A DNA stretch of 37,473 nucleotides from a virus: the IMG/VR virus record IMGVR_UViG_3300028549_000928, positions 1 through 37,473 of that record. One strand, 5' to 3'. The notes below the pieces were generated by a model. It worked only from the letters and a program-made list of their open reading frames with translations. It did not search any database and had not been told where the DNA came from. Position 1 is the stretch's first letter. The number at the start of each line of letters is the position of its first letter. The translations under genes and the position numbers were made by a program. This document shows, piece by piece, positions 7,622 to 14,113 of this stretch.

Positions 7622-7787
7622 CTTTTTTACCTTCCATAAAATTAATATCTATTCCTCTTTTTTCGGCCTGATTCTTGAGCCGGTTGAAATCTTCTTGAAG
7701 TTTATCTATTGAGTAACCATTGGATTGATTACGTAAGATTCTATGTGCAACCTTTTGTATATCTGATTTTAATCTATCTTTGTGCAT
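7611..7787 (-). CDS. Small hypothetical protein (58 aa)
   Basis: Hand-translated: MHKDRLKSDIQKVAHRILRNQSNGYSIDKLQEDFNRLKNQAEKRGIDINFMEGKKDGK, with a GGGGAA RBS. Confidence 0.4.
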   Translation of the reverse strand: MHKDRLKSDIQKVAHRILRNQSNGYSIDKLQEDFNRLKNQAEKRGIDINFMEGKKDGK

Positions 7788-7795
7788 CTTTTCCC

Positions 7796-7903
7796 CTATT
7801 CTTGTATATCCTCGGTGGTTTCTTTTCTGCGGTTCATCTCTTTCAGCAAATCTTCAAATAATTTGTACAAATCATCATCTGAAAGTGTTTTAAAATCTTC
7901 CAT
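7796..7903 (-). CDS. Small acidic hypothetical protein (35 aa)
   Basis: Hand-translated: MEDFKTLSDDDLYKLFEDLLKEMNRRKETTEDIQE. Its start overlaps the stop of the 165-aa ORF (ATGGAAGATTTTAA). Confidence 0.3.
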   Translation of the reverse strand: MEDFKTLSDDDLYKLFEDLLKEMNRRKETTEDIQE

Positions 7904-8387
7904 GTGAATAACCTCTTGGTCTTGATTTGATTCCTTCAAAACTAAGTTCACCTTTAGGAATTGAAATCATTTGTAAACCTTCTTTTGTGTCAATAATTTC
8001 AACATATTTTGAAAGTGCTTGCATTGCAGTAAGTGAATAAATAAGATTCTTTTTACGTGCCGGTTCTTCAATAATAATTTTGTCGTCCGGAGCAAGTTTT
8101 GAGACAATTTCTAGCGGTAAATGAATTACATTTAGATCGTCGCAATTGAATTTTTTGTACACAATATTATCTTCCATATCGCAATGAATGACCCCAAGAT
8201 ATATTTTGTTTTTCTTGAAGTAATTTGTTGACCTTAAATATATTTTTGCCGATAAAATATCAACTTTGAATGTGAAAACATAATTAGTCTCAAGAATTTT
8301 TTTATTAATATCTTCCACAATCGAAAGGTGACGTGGTTTATAATAGACTTGTTCTGCACCGTTGACTATTTTAATTACTTTTTCCAT
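7890..8387 (-). CDS. Hypothetical early protein (165 aa)
   Basis: Track ORF, 17-nt overlap with the upstream methyltransferase gene. Confidence 0.7.
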   Translation of the reverse strand: MEKVIKIVNGAEQVYYKPRHLSIVEDINKKILETNYVFTFKVDILSAKIYLRSTNYFKKNKIYLGVIHCDMEDNIVYKKFNCDDLNVIHLPLEIVSKLAPDDKIIIEEPARKKNLIYSLTAMQALSKYVEIIDTKEGLQMISIPKGELSFEGIKSRPRGYSHGRF

Positions 8388-8985
8388 ACTTTTCTCCCCG
8401 ATTTTTCAAAATTGTTTCAACCATTTTTTTAAATTTATCCCTATTTTTTTTAACTTGTTCAAGTTCAGCTTTTAATGAGTGAATATCCTCAAATCTGTTC
8501 TTGCCGTCTCCCCAAAAAATGACAAGAGCGAGAGGGTTTTTAAATAATCCTTTTTCACCATCTTTATTGCGGACATAATCCATTGTTTCCGGCAACATAA
8601 AAGTGACACCTTCTTTTCTGTTTTTTGTTATCCAACGGAAAATCTGAGTGTTTGGATTTTCTAAAATACATTCTTTCCAAACTTTTGTCTCAGGATGAAC
8701 CGGAAGAATCGCAAAAGTGGTTTTTCCTTTTAGTTGCTCACACACGGCTTTTCTTATCCAAAAGCGAGAAGGTTTAAAAGGAGGATTTAAAAAGTTTTCG
8801 TCCTCCCACTCTTCCGTTAAGCCGTCTTTTTTGCCGTTAATAAAATGTTTTTTCGCCGGAATGTTTTTCTTGGTGCAGCATACATCAAGGCCAAATTTTT
8901 CCTTACCTATTAATTCAAGAAAAATATTGTAAACCTCCGGAGGTGTCAAATAATCATCACGGATAGAGTTGTAATCGTAAGCCAT
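8371..8985 (-). CDS. dam: Phage-type DNA N6-adenine methyltransferase (Dam family)
   Basis: DDYLTPPEVY, LDVCC, DGL...W and NPPF motifs in the order characteristic of the phage Dam family. No adjacent restriction gene. Confidence 0.85.
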   Translation of the reverse strand: MAYDYNSIRDDYLTPPEVYNIFLELIGKEKFGLDVCCTKKNIPAKKHFINGKKDGLTEEWEDENFLNPPFKPSRFWIRKAVCEQLKGKTTFAILPVHPETKVWKECILENPNTQIFRWITKNRKEGVTFMLPETMDYVRNKDGEKGLFKNPLALVIFWGDGKNRFEDIHSLKAELEQVKKNRDKFKKMVETILKNRGEKYGKSN

Positions 8986-9431
8986 TAAACACTCCCTCCA
9001 TCATCTGATTTTTGTTTTTCAACACCAAAGTCAACATCATCAAAACAACCATCATAAGCAGATTCTTGATTGTTTTTGAACGGTTTAAGATATTGGTTAT
9101 TTCTTTTGTTTACATCAAACAATAATTCTTCCGGAGCAATATGATAAAGTTCAATAAATTTGTCTCTCGGCAATCTGTATTCCGGATTTTCAAGATGTTG
9201 GTGAGTTTTTTTACGCATCAAGATTAAGCATTCATCAGTTAAGCTTTGAACATTTTTTGTATTCATCACCCAATCCGTGTAAGGTACACGGTGATGTAAT
9301 TCCAACTCAAAATGGTTGTAATCATCAATTGATTGGATATAATAAATTTGCTCAAGTTTGCCGTTGTCGTGCAAAAAGAAAATATCAAATTTTTTAATTT
9401 CTTCATTCATATACATTTTAGGCTTAGACAT
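8985..9431 (-). CDS. Hypothetical protein with a possible degenerate HNH-like motif
   Basis: ELHHRVPYTDWVMNTKNVQSL...KTHQHLEN resembles the HH-N-H spacing but lacks zinc-binding Cys residues. 1-nt overlaps with both neighbours. Confidence 0.6.
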   Translation of the reverse strand: MSKPKMYMNEEIKKFDIFFLHDNGKLEQIYYIQSIDDYNHFELELHHRVPYTDWVMNTKNVQSLTDECLILMRKKTHQHLENPEYRLPRDKFIELYHIAPEELLFDVNKRNNQYLKPFKNNQESAYDGCFDDVDFGVEKQKSDDGGSV

Positions 9432-10288
9432 TATTCTTCACCTCCGATTATTTTGAAAGATTCTTCTTTTGTAATGCCCCACTTGTCTCTAAACTCTGCA
9501 GCTTTTGGGTCATTATTTATCATATCTACGGTTGCATATTTTTTAATATATTCAAGTGCAGATTTTTTATCGCTCACATCTGCTTTATCTTTTTCTAGTT
9601 CATTTTGTTTCTTTTGCTCTTCGGCTAAATCCTTTTTCTTTGGGGCAAGGTTGCAGTCTCCACGGTGGAATGAATCCCATTCATCAAGAATTTTCTTTAA
9701 TGAAGGTTTCTTGTTTCCATCCGGATAATCCCAACCACGTTGAGCGTTTGAAAATATTGTTTGCCAATCTTCAATTGATAATTTATTTGTTGAAGTAATT
9801 TCTTCCATTTTTGATTTATTTTCGTTTGAAACAATTTGAGATTTTTTAAATTCTTTGTTGAAAATCGGAATAATTTCTTCGGCCGTAATTTCACTAGGAA
9901 TTGTTTCATCTTTTGGTGATTCTTCATCATTTTTTGGCGGCGGTGGATTGTCTTTTCCCCAACGCTGACCGGCAGATTTTTTTGCTTTTTTGCTTTTTTC
10001 TTCTTGAAGTTTTAAATTTTGGTTTATTCTATTGCTGACAAATTTATTATTTTCGACATAGAACAAGTCTGTATCATAAAGTATATTTTTGAGCAAAGAT
10101 ATTTCAATTTTTAAATCATCTGCGAGGATTTCTATTTGATTTTCTTCAAGGTTATTTTCGTGCAAAAATTCAACTACTGCCCAAAAAATTCCATAACCTT
10201 CCCACTTATATTTATAAATAAGTGATTTAATTTTAATATCTCCACGTGTCGCTATATCGTGAGAAAAATATGGTTTACTCATCTTCAT
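9431..10288 (-). CDS. DUF4373 (Lin1244/Lin1753-like) replication organiser / DnaD-like protein
   Basis: N-terminal YFSHDIATRGDIKIKSLIYKYKWEGYGIFWAVVEFLHEN matches the DUF4373 signature (yFsHD...D.Ki..L....G.eGYGiyW.llE.L). Confidence 0.8.
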   Translation of the reverse strand: MKMSKPYFSHDIATRGDIKIKSLIYKYKWEGYGIFWAVVEFLHENNLEENQIEILADDLKIEISLLKNILYDTDLFYVENNKFVSNRINQNLKLQEEKSKKAKKSAGQRWGKDNPPPPKNDEESPKDETIPSEITAEEIIPIFNKEFKKSQIVSNENKSKMEEITSTNKLSIEDWQTIFSNAQRGWDYPDGNKKPSLKKILDEWDSFHRGDCNLAPKKKDLAEEQKKQNELEKDKADVSDKKSALEYIKKYATVDMINNDPKAAEFRDKWGITKEESFKIIGGEE

Positions 10289-10511
10289 TTAAGACCTCCG
10301 CAACTTGTACCGGAGGAGTGCCAACAGTTCTGACAAGTTCAAGAACCGCACCTTTCATTCTGCAACTGAAAGATGAAAGGTGAAAAAATTCATCATAAAA
10401 GCAACCTTCACAAACGCAACCACGCTTGTAGCATTTTATAGCTGCATCAGTCCATCTTCTTTGAGCAGTTGTTTTATAAATAAAATTTTTATTAGAAATT
10501 CTTTCTTTCAT
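10275..10511 (-). CDS. Small Cys-rich hypothetical protein (78 aa)
   Basis: Track ORF with a CYKRGCVCEGC cluster. 14-nt overlap with the downstream gene. Confidence 0.6.
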   Translation of the reverse strand: MKERISNKNFIYKTTAQRRWTDAAIKCYKRGCVCEGCFYDEFFHLSSFSCRMKGAVLELVRTVGTPPVQVAEVLNEDE

Positions 10512-10513
10512 TA

Positions 10514-10843
10514 TTAAAATTTCATTCCTTTACGTCTTAAATCTCTTTTTCTAAGAGTATATAATTGCTCTATTCTGCCAAGTCTGATATTCTCTTTGAT
10601 ACTTCTTTGAGCATCAATTCGTGCATAATGTGCAGGGTGGAAATCAAGTGAATCACCAATTCGCATTTCGTGTTGGTCGCAAAGATGATTGAAAATATCA
10701 TCCTCAAGGAATTGAACTTTTCTTTTAAAACTTTTTGTTTTGAATGTTGGAACTGCAATCACAATTTCTCGTGGTTTGTTTAACCAATTGAAAAATCCTT
10801 TTGTTAAATTTTGTTTGTTAGGAAATTTTATAATTTTTGCCAT
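10514..10843 (-). CDS. Hypothetical basic early protein (109 aa)
   Basis: Track ORF with AAAGGAG RBS upstream of the ATG at 10843. Confidence 0.65.
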   Translation of the reverse strand: MAKIIKFPNKQNLTKGFFNWLNKPREIVIAVPTFKTKSFKRKVQFLEDDIFNHLCDQHEMRIGDSLDFHPAHYARIDAQRSIKENIRLGRIEQLYTLRKRDLRRKGMKF

Positions 10844-10877
10844 TTGCCCTACTCCTTTTGTATGATTTTCGTATTGT

Positions 10878-10916
10878 AAATAACGCTATATTACCCAGTT
10901 GGGTATTGCGTTATTT
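10878..10916. promoter_or_regulatory. 39-bp imperfect palindrome between the first and second genes of the leftward operon
   Basis: aaataacgc-tatat-taccca-gt-tgggta-tt-gcgttattt: a 9-bp outer stem and a 6-bp inner stem. The T-rich run (tgctttttgttg) follows on the + strand only. Confidence 0.45.
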
Positions 10917-10987
10917 TGCTTTTTGTTGTTTAATTAGTGTTAAGAAATTTTATAGGGGGATTGTTAATTAACCAATTAACTTCTCCC

Positions 10988-11146
10988 TTATTTTGTTTCT
11001 AGCCAAGAGTTCATTGCCTCTTGAAAGCAAGAACTTCTAGAGCGGTTTTCATCTTTCGCAACTCTATCAACTTTTTCCCTCATTGAAGGAGGTGTTGAAA
11101 TAGAATAGTTAACACAAGGTTCATCATCAATTTGTTGTTCTTTCAT
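10988..11146 (-). CDS. Ribbon-helix-helix (CopG/Arc-like) regulator (52 aa), first gene of the leftward operon; Cro-analogue candidate
   Basis: Hand-translated: MKEQQIDDEPCVNYSISTPPSMREKVDRVAKDENRSRSSCFQEAMNSWLETK. Shows the RHH pattern (beta strand YSISTP, then ...A..e.rSrS..i.eA...wL). GGGAGA RBS. Sits 40 nt downstream of the promoter -10. Confidence 0.6.
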   Translation of the reverse strand: MKEQQIDDEPCVNYSISTPPSMREKVDRVAKDENRSRSSCFQEAMNSWLETK

Positions 11147-11185
11147 AATTCCATCTCCCAATCTACTAACAGTTAAGATAAAACA

Positions 11186-11214
11186 ATAATAGCGTAACCT
11201 TAAAAATATGTCAA
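11186..11214 (-). promoter_or_regulatory. Near-consensus sigma70 early-left promoter
   Basis: Minus strand reads TTGACA (11209-11214), a 17-nt spacer, then TATTAT (11186-11191). Confidence 0.7.
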
Positions 11215-11223
11215 CATAAACTG
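11202..11223. promoter_or_regulatory. Operator-like 22-bp repeat, copy 1 (overlaps the -35 of the leftward promoter)
   Basis: aaaaatatgtcaacaTaaactg is 21/22 identical to 11316-11337. Confidence 0.55.
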
Positions 11224-11313
11224 TACATAAATCCCACTTTTATTTACATTTATTTATAAAAAATTCTTACAAGCAAGCAATAATAACAAATCATAGAAAG
11301 TAAAGGAAGTATA

Positions 11314-11685
11314 TTGAAAAATATGTCAACAAAAACTGAACAAAAAGTTCTTGATTCTCAAGGGGCAAGACTTCAATATTTTATGGATTTAAAAAGTATT
11401 AAATCGCAGCAACAATTAGCGGATAATATTGATGTTTCTAAATCCGCAGTAAATAGAGTAATGACAAATTCAGGTAATTTTAAAATAGAAAACTATATAA
11501 AATTATTTGAACTTTATACATTAAGTCCGAATTGGCTTATACTTGGTATAAAACCAATGTATTTAGGCGACAAAGAACCTGCTGCGATTACTAATAGCAG
11601 TCAAATTTCACCTGAATTAATAGAGGCGACAAGAAAAATTGCACGAGAAGAATTTAATTCAATGATGAAAGATTTCCAGAAATAA
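11314..11685 (+). CDS. CI-type HTH repressor (Phage_CI_repr-like)
   Basis: HTH QQQLADNIDVSKSAVNRVM followed by SPNWLILGIKPM (the WLltG.g motif of phage CI repressor HTH domains). Divergent from the early operon. The start is ambiguous: TTG at 11314 or ATG at 11323. Confidence 0.75.
   Translation: MKNMSTKTEQKVLDSQGARLQYFMDLKSIKSQQQLADNIDVSKSAVNRVMTNSGNFKIENYIKLFELYTLSPNWLILGIKPMYLGDKEPAAITNSSQISPELIEATRKIAREEFNSMMKDFQK
11316..11337. promoter_or_regulatory. Operator-like 22-bp repeat, copy 2 (overlaps the start region of the CI-like gene)
   Basis: aaaaatatgtcaacaAaaactg lies 114 bp from copy 1. Confidence 0.55.
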
Positions 11686-11929
11686 TTTCCTGCATTAAAT
11701 TTTTAGCCTCTAGTGGGAAAACCAATATTAAAGCCGTGTAAATTTTTTCCAGTTTTTCGTTTTTGATGTCTTCCATTTTTTACTCCTGTATGACTATTAC
11801 ATATAGGTTATCGGTTTTGTAGGCCTTTTATTAAAATATGAGGCCATAACGTTTACATAGCTTAACTTTCGAGGATTTATTTTAAGTCAACTAAATGGAA
11901 TTTTCTGTATTTTCTACTAAAATTGGTAA

Positions 11930-12139
11930 ATGAGTATAAGAAAAACAATAGGCCACAGGATTAGAGACAAAAGAAAAAGCATTGGATTATCACAAGAGAA
12001 GATGGCTGCAAGTGTTGGCTTGACCGCCACGGCTCTTAGTTTCATTGAAAATGGCGAAGTCTATATGAAAACGGAAAATCTTTATAAAATCTGTAAAGTT
12101 TTGGAAATTAAGATTGTGGAATTGTATGAAGGATATTAA
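11930..12139 (+). CDS. XRE-family HTH transcriptional regulator (69 aa)
   Basis: IGHRIRDKRKSIGLSQEKMAASVGLTATALSFIENG is a classic HTH_3 pattern. Confidence 0.8.
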   Translation: MSIRKTIGHRIRDKRKSIGLSQEKMAASVGLTATALSFIENGEVYMKTENLYKICKVLEIKIVELYEGY

Positions 12140-12178
12140 CAATTATTCATAAATAGGGGTTTAATTTGATTCAAAATG

Positions 12179-12187
12179 TGTTATAAT
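12179..12187 (+). promoter_or_regulatory. Extended -10 promoter (TGtTATAAT) for the secreted-protein cassette
   Basis: tgttataat lies 21 nt upstream of the ATG at 12208. No good -35 is present, which is compatible with the extended -10 class. Confidence 0.5.
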
Positions 12188-12207
12188 GACAAAAAAAGGA
12201 TTGAATT

Positions 12208-12492
12208 ATGAAGAAAATATTTTGTTTATTATTTATTTTACTTTTTGCTAATTGCGTATCTGCAGAAATGCACAGCTATACAAGAATCGGTGACATAACC
12301 TATGGCTCTAATGGTTCTACTTATACAAAAGTGGGCGATATAACCTATGGGCCAAAGGGTTCTACTTATACAAAGGTAGGCGATACAGTTTATGCTTACG
12401 AGCCTAATTATTCTCAAAGACTGAATAGCAATAATAGCAATAGTCAAAATTCAAGATGTACAAGAATTCAAGGGCAATATTATTGTCATTAA
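12208..12492 (+). CDS. Secreted or lipid-anchored small repeat protein (moron candidate)
   Basis: Signal peptide MKKIFCLLFILLFANCVSA. Tandem 15-aa repeats T(R/K)(I/V)GDITYG(S/P)(N/K)GSTY are encoded by 45-bp repeats at 12280-12324 and 12325-12369, with a partial third. Asn/Ser-rich tail ending in C...C. Confidence 0.7.
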   Translation: MKKIFCLLFILLFANCVSAEMHSYTRIGDITYGSNGSTYTKVGDITYGPKGSTYTKVGDTVYAYEPNYSQRLNSNNSNSQNSRCTRIQGQYYCH

Positions 12493-12521
12493 ATTTTAAA
12501 TACTAAAAATATATTTTGCAA

Positions 12522-12555
12522 AAGAGAAGATAAAAAAATATCCTCTCTTTTTTTA
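12522..12555 (+). terminator. Rho-independent terminator after the secreted-protein gene
   Basis: aagagaagat / atcctctctt forms a 10-bp stem with one A-C mismatch and an 8-nt A-rich loop, followed by a T-run. Confidence 0.6.
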
Positions 12556-12560
12556 TGTTC

Positions 12561-12724
12561 GCAATGCGACTGAAATTTTTTAGCAATGCGACATTGAAAT
12601 AATAAAAATGCGAACGCAATGCGATTGCAATGCGAACGCATACCGAACGCATTGCGTTCGCATTTTCTTTAGCAATGCGACTAAAAAATAAACGCAATGC
12701 GAAGATTTTTCTTTCGCAATGCTA
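12561..12724. repeat. Iteron array: GCAATGCGA repeated in about 11-bp phase
   Basis: Perfect copies start at 12561, 12583, 12616, 12627, 12672 and 12694. An 8/9 copy starts at 12716. Degenerate copies start at 12605 and 12638. An inverted copy lies within the palindrome cgaacgcaTtgcgttcg (12644-12660). Spacings are 22, 22, 11, 11, 11, 11, 23, 22 and 22 bp. Confidence 0.85.
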
Positions 12725-12725
12725 T

Positions 12726-12780
12726 AAAGTAAATTAAATTAAAGTAAATTAAATTAAATAATAAATATACTAACGTATAT
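12726..12780. repeat. AT-rich tandem repeat and small palindrome adjacent to the iterons (DNA-unwinding-element-like)
   Basis: aaagtaaattaaatt occurs twice in perfect tandem (12726-12740, 12741-12755), followed by atatac-taac-gtatat (12765-12780). Confidence 0.7.
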
Positions 12781-13182
12781 TTATTACGGCGGAAAAATAA
12801 AAACCTCTTCTTTCTTTCAAGGTGTGGGATTCGGGGGCTTGTTGAAATGGTTTTAAATCGTTCAGTTTTTAAGAAAGCCTGTTAAATAGCGACTTTCAAG
12901 GTGTTGGGGATTTATTCCGAAAAATTAAGAAATGTAAACATGGATTTTTTCTAGTAATCTTCTATATTTGCCCCTAATTTCTAAAAAGCTGATTATTAAC
13001 TGTTAGTGCGGATTTAAAAAGATGCGTTTATGCTTATTCTTGTGATTCGGTTCAAGAATCGTTTCACAAGATGTAGATTATGAAATATGATTATCACAGT
13101 AGGGATATTGGAGATTGCAGGTAATCAAGGAGTAGTTCTCGGTGTAACATCTAGTATTATGGGGATTTGGAGGAGAGGGAAT

Positions 13183-13506
13183 ATGTTAATGCAACATTGC
13201 AATACAAAGTTTAAAACAACTGATGTATGGTTTTTAGAAGATTTAAAAAGTGATGATTCAAATAAGAATTTCAAAGAACGTAGGCTTTTAATTGGTACTT
13301 GCCCACATTGTGAAAAGGCTTTGGTGTCTCTAGTTGAGACTAGAGTGGCGGATGAGAAGCTTTTTGTTACAACAGTACACGGTAAGAAGGCTGAGAAAAT
13401 AGCAATGCAAGAAAAGCCTAGAATTGTCTATACAGAAACCGAATACAACTCTGGAAGGTTTAAAAAAAAAGTACAGGGTGGGTCTATGGGATTAATACAG
13501 CAATAA
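13183..13506 (+). CDS. Hypothetical zinc-finger-like protein (107 aa), possibly extended by a frameshift at an A9 tract
   Basis: Track ORF is 13087-13506. The ATG at 13183 is preferred because of GGAGGAGAGGGA immediately upstream. HC...CPHC motif. See the finding on the A9 tract at 13462-13470. Confidence 0.55.
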   Translation: MLMQHCNTKFKTTDVWFLEDLKSDDSNKNFKERRLLIGTCPHCEKALVSLVETRVADEKLFVTTVHGKKAEKIAMQEKPRIVYTETEYNSGRFKKKVQGGSMGLIQQ

Positions 13507-13681
13507 AAAACAAAAGCGGTAAAATCACCCAAATAAGACAGTATTCTTGTAGTTGGAATAATAAAAGAGAATTATTAAAGAGAACAAAACTTAAATAATT
13601 CTATTTACAATTGTCTCTTAGAGACGCCCTCGGGGGATTTATTCCCCCACTCCTCTAAAAAAACAGTAATCGGAGCATATA

Positions 13682-14113
13682 ATGGAAAGCGAAAACCTGC
13701 CTAAACTTACGCTGCAGCAACAAAACTTTCTCTTGTGTTATTTTTCTAATGGAAAGAACGCAAGCGAGGCGTATCGTATTGCCTATAATACAGAGGCTAA
13801 AGCCAAAACAGTATGGGAAAATGCTTCAAAACTCCTAAAAAATACCAAGGTTGCACCATGGGTTGAGTACTATGAGACTAATCAACAAGAGACAATCACA
13901 GAAGAATTGAATTATTCTGCAAAACAAGCATTTATAGAGCTTGAAGAATTAAAAAGATTTTCTTTAGAAAGTCGTGATAAACAAGGAAATCCGAATGTGA
14001 ACGCAGCGATCAAAACGGTAGAACTTAAAGGGAAATTGGCAGGATTATTCAAGGATAAGGTTGAAGTTTCCGGCGGTATGAGTTTAGCGAATATATTGGA
14101 TGATTTGAAATGA
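13682..14113 (+). CDS. terS: Terminase small subunit (Terminase_2-like)
   Basis: LTLQQQNFLLCYFSNGKNASEAYRIAYN...ASKLLKNTKVAPWV matches the terS signature. 4-nt overlap with terL. Confidence 0.85.
   Translation: MESENLPKLTLQQQNFLLCYFSNGKNASEAYRIAYNTEAKAKTVWENASKLLKNTKVAPWVEYYETNQQETITEELNYSAKQAFIELEELKRFSLESRDKQGNPNVNAAIKTVELKGKLAGLFKDKVEVSGGMSLANILDDLK

Noticed and set aside
9333-9930. ORFs 9333-9728 (+), 9556-9798 (+) and 9697-9930 (- alternate frame)
   Set aside because: They overlap the well-supported DUF4373 gene and the 148-aa gene on the - strand. They have no RBS and low-complexity translations.
11654-11776. 40-aa minus-strand ORF with an AGGAG RBS that converges on and overlaps the CI-like gene 3' end by 32 nt
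   Set aside because: It has a plausible RBS but is very short, has no recognisable motif and overlaps a confident gene. It is not reported as a feature, though it could be an antisense regulator.
12503-12697. 64-aa minus-strand ORF from the track
   Set aside because: Its sequence (repeated RIA/NAMRS segments) is just the translation of the GCAATGCGA repeats. It has no RBS and lies between a terminator and an AT-rich block.
12561-12724. Possible CRISPR array, because a short motif repeats many times
   Set aside because: The repeat unit is only 9 bp and the 'spacers' are 2-14 bp in 11-bp phase. One copy is inverted, and there are no cas genes. The pattern fits iterons, not CRISPR.
12906-12918. 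13-mer GGGGATTTATTCC shared with 13633-13645, and the ctttcaaggtgt repeat at 12814 and 12893
   Set aside because: In a 37-kb sequence several exact 13-mer pairs are expected by chance. There is no additional structure or phasing, so significance cannot be argued without a computation.
13613-13648. Two hairpins upstream of terS (GTCTC-TTA-GAGAC and GGGGGA-TTTAT-TCCCCC) as a second DGR target hairpin, because the second ends in CCCCCAC like the VR hairpin
   Set aside because: No VR-like or TR-homologous sequence precedes them, so they are more likely a late-operon regulatory or terminator structure. They are not strong enough to report as a finding.
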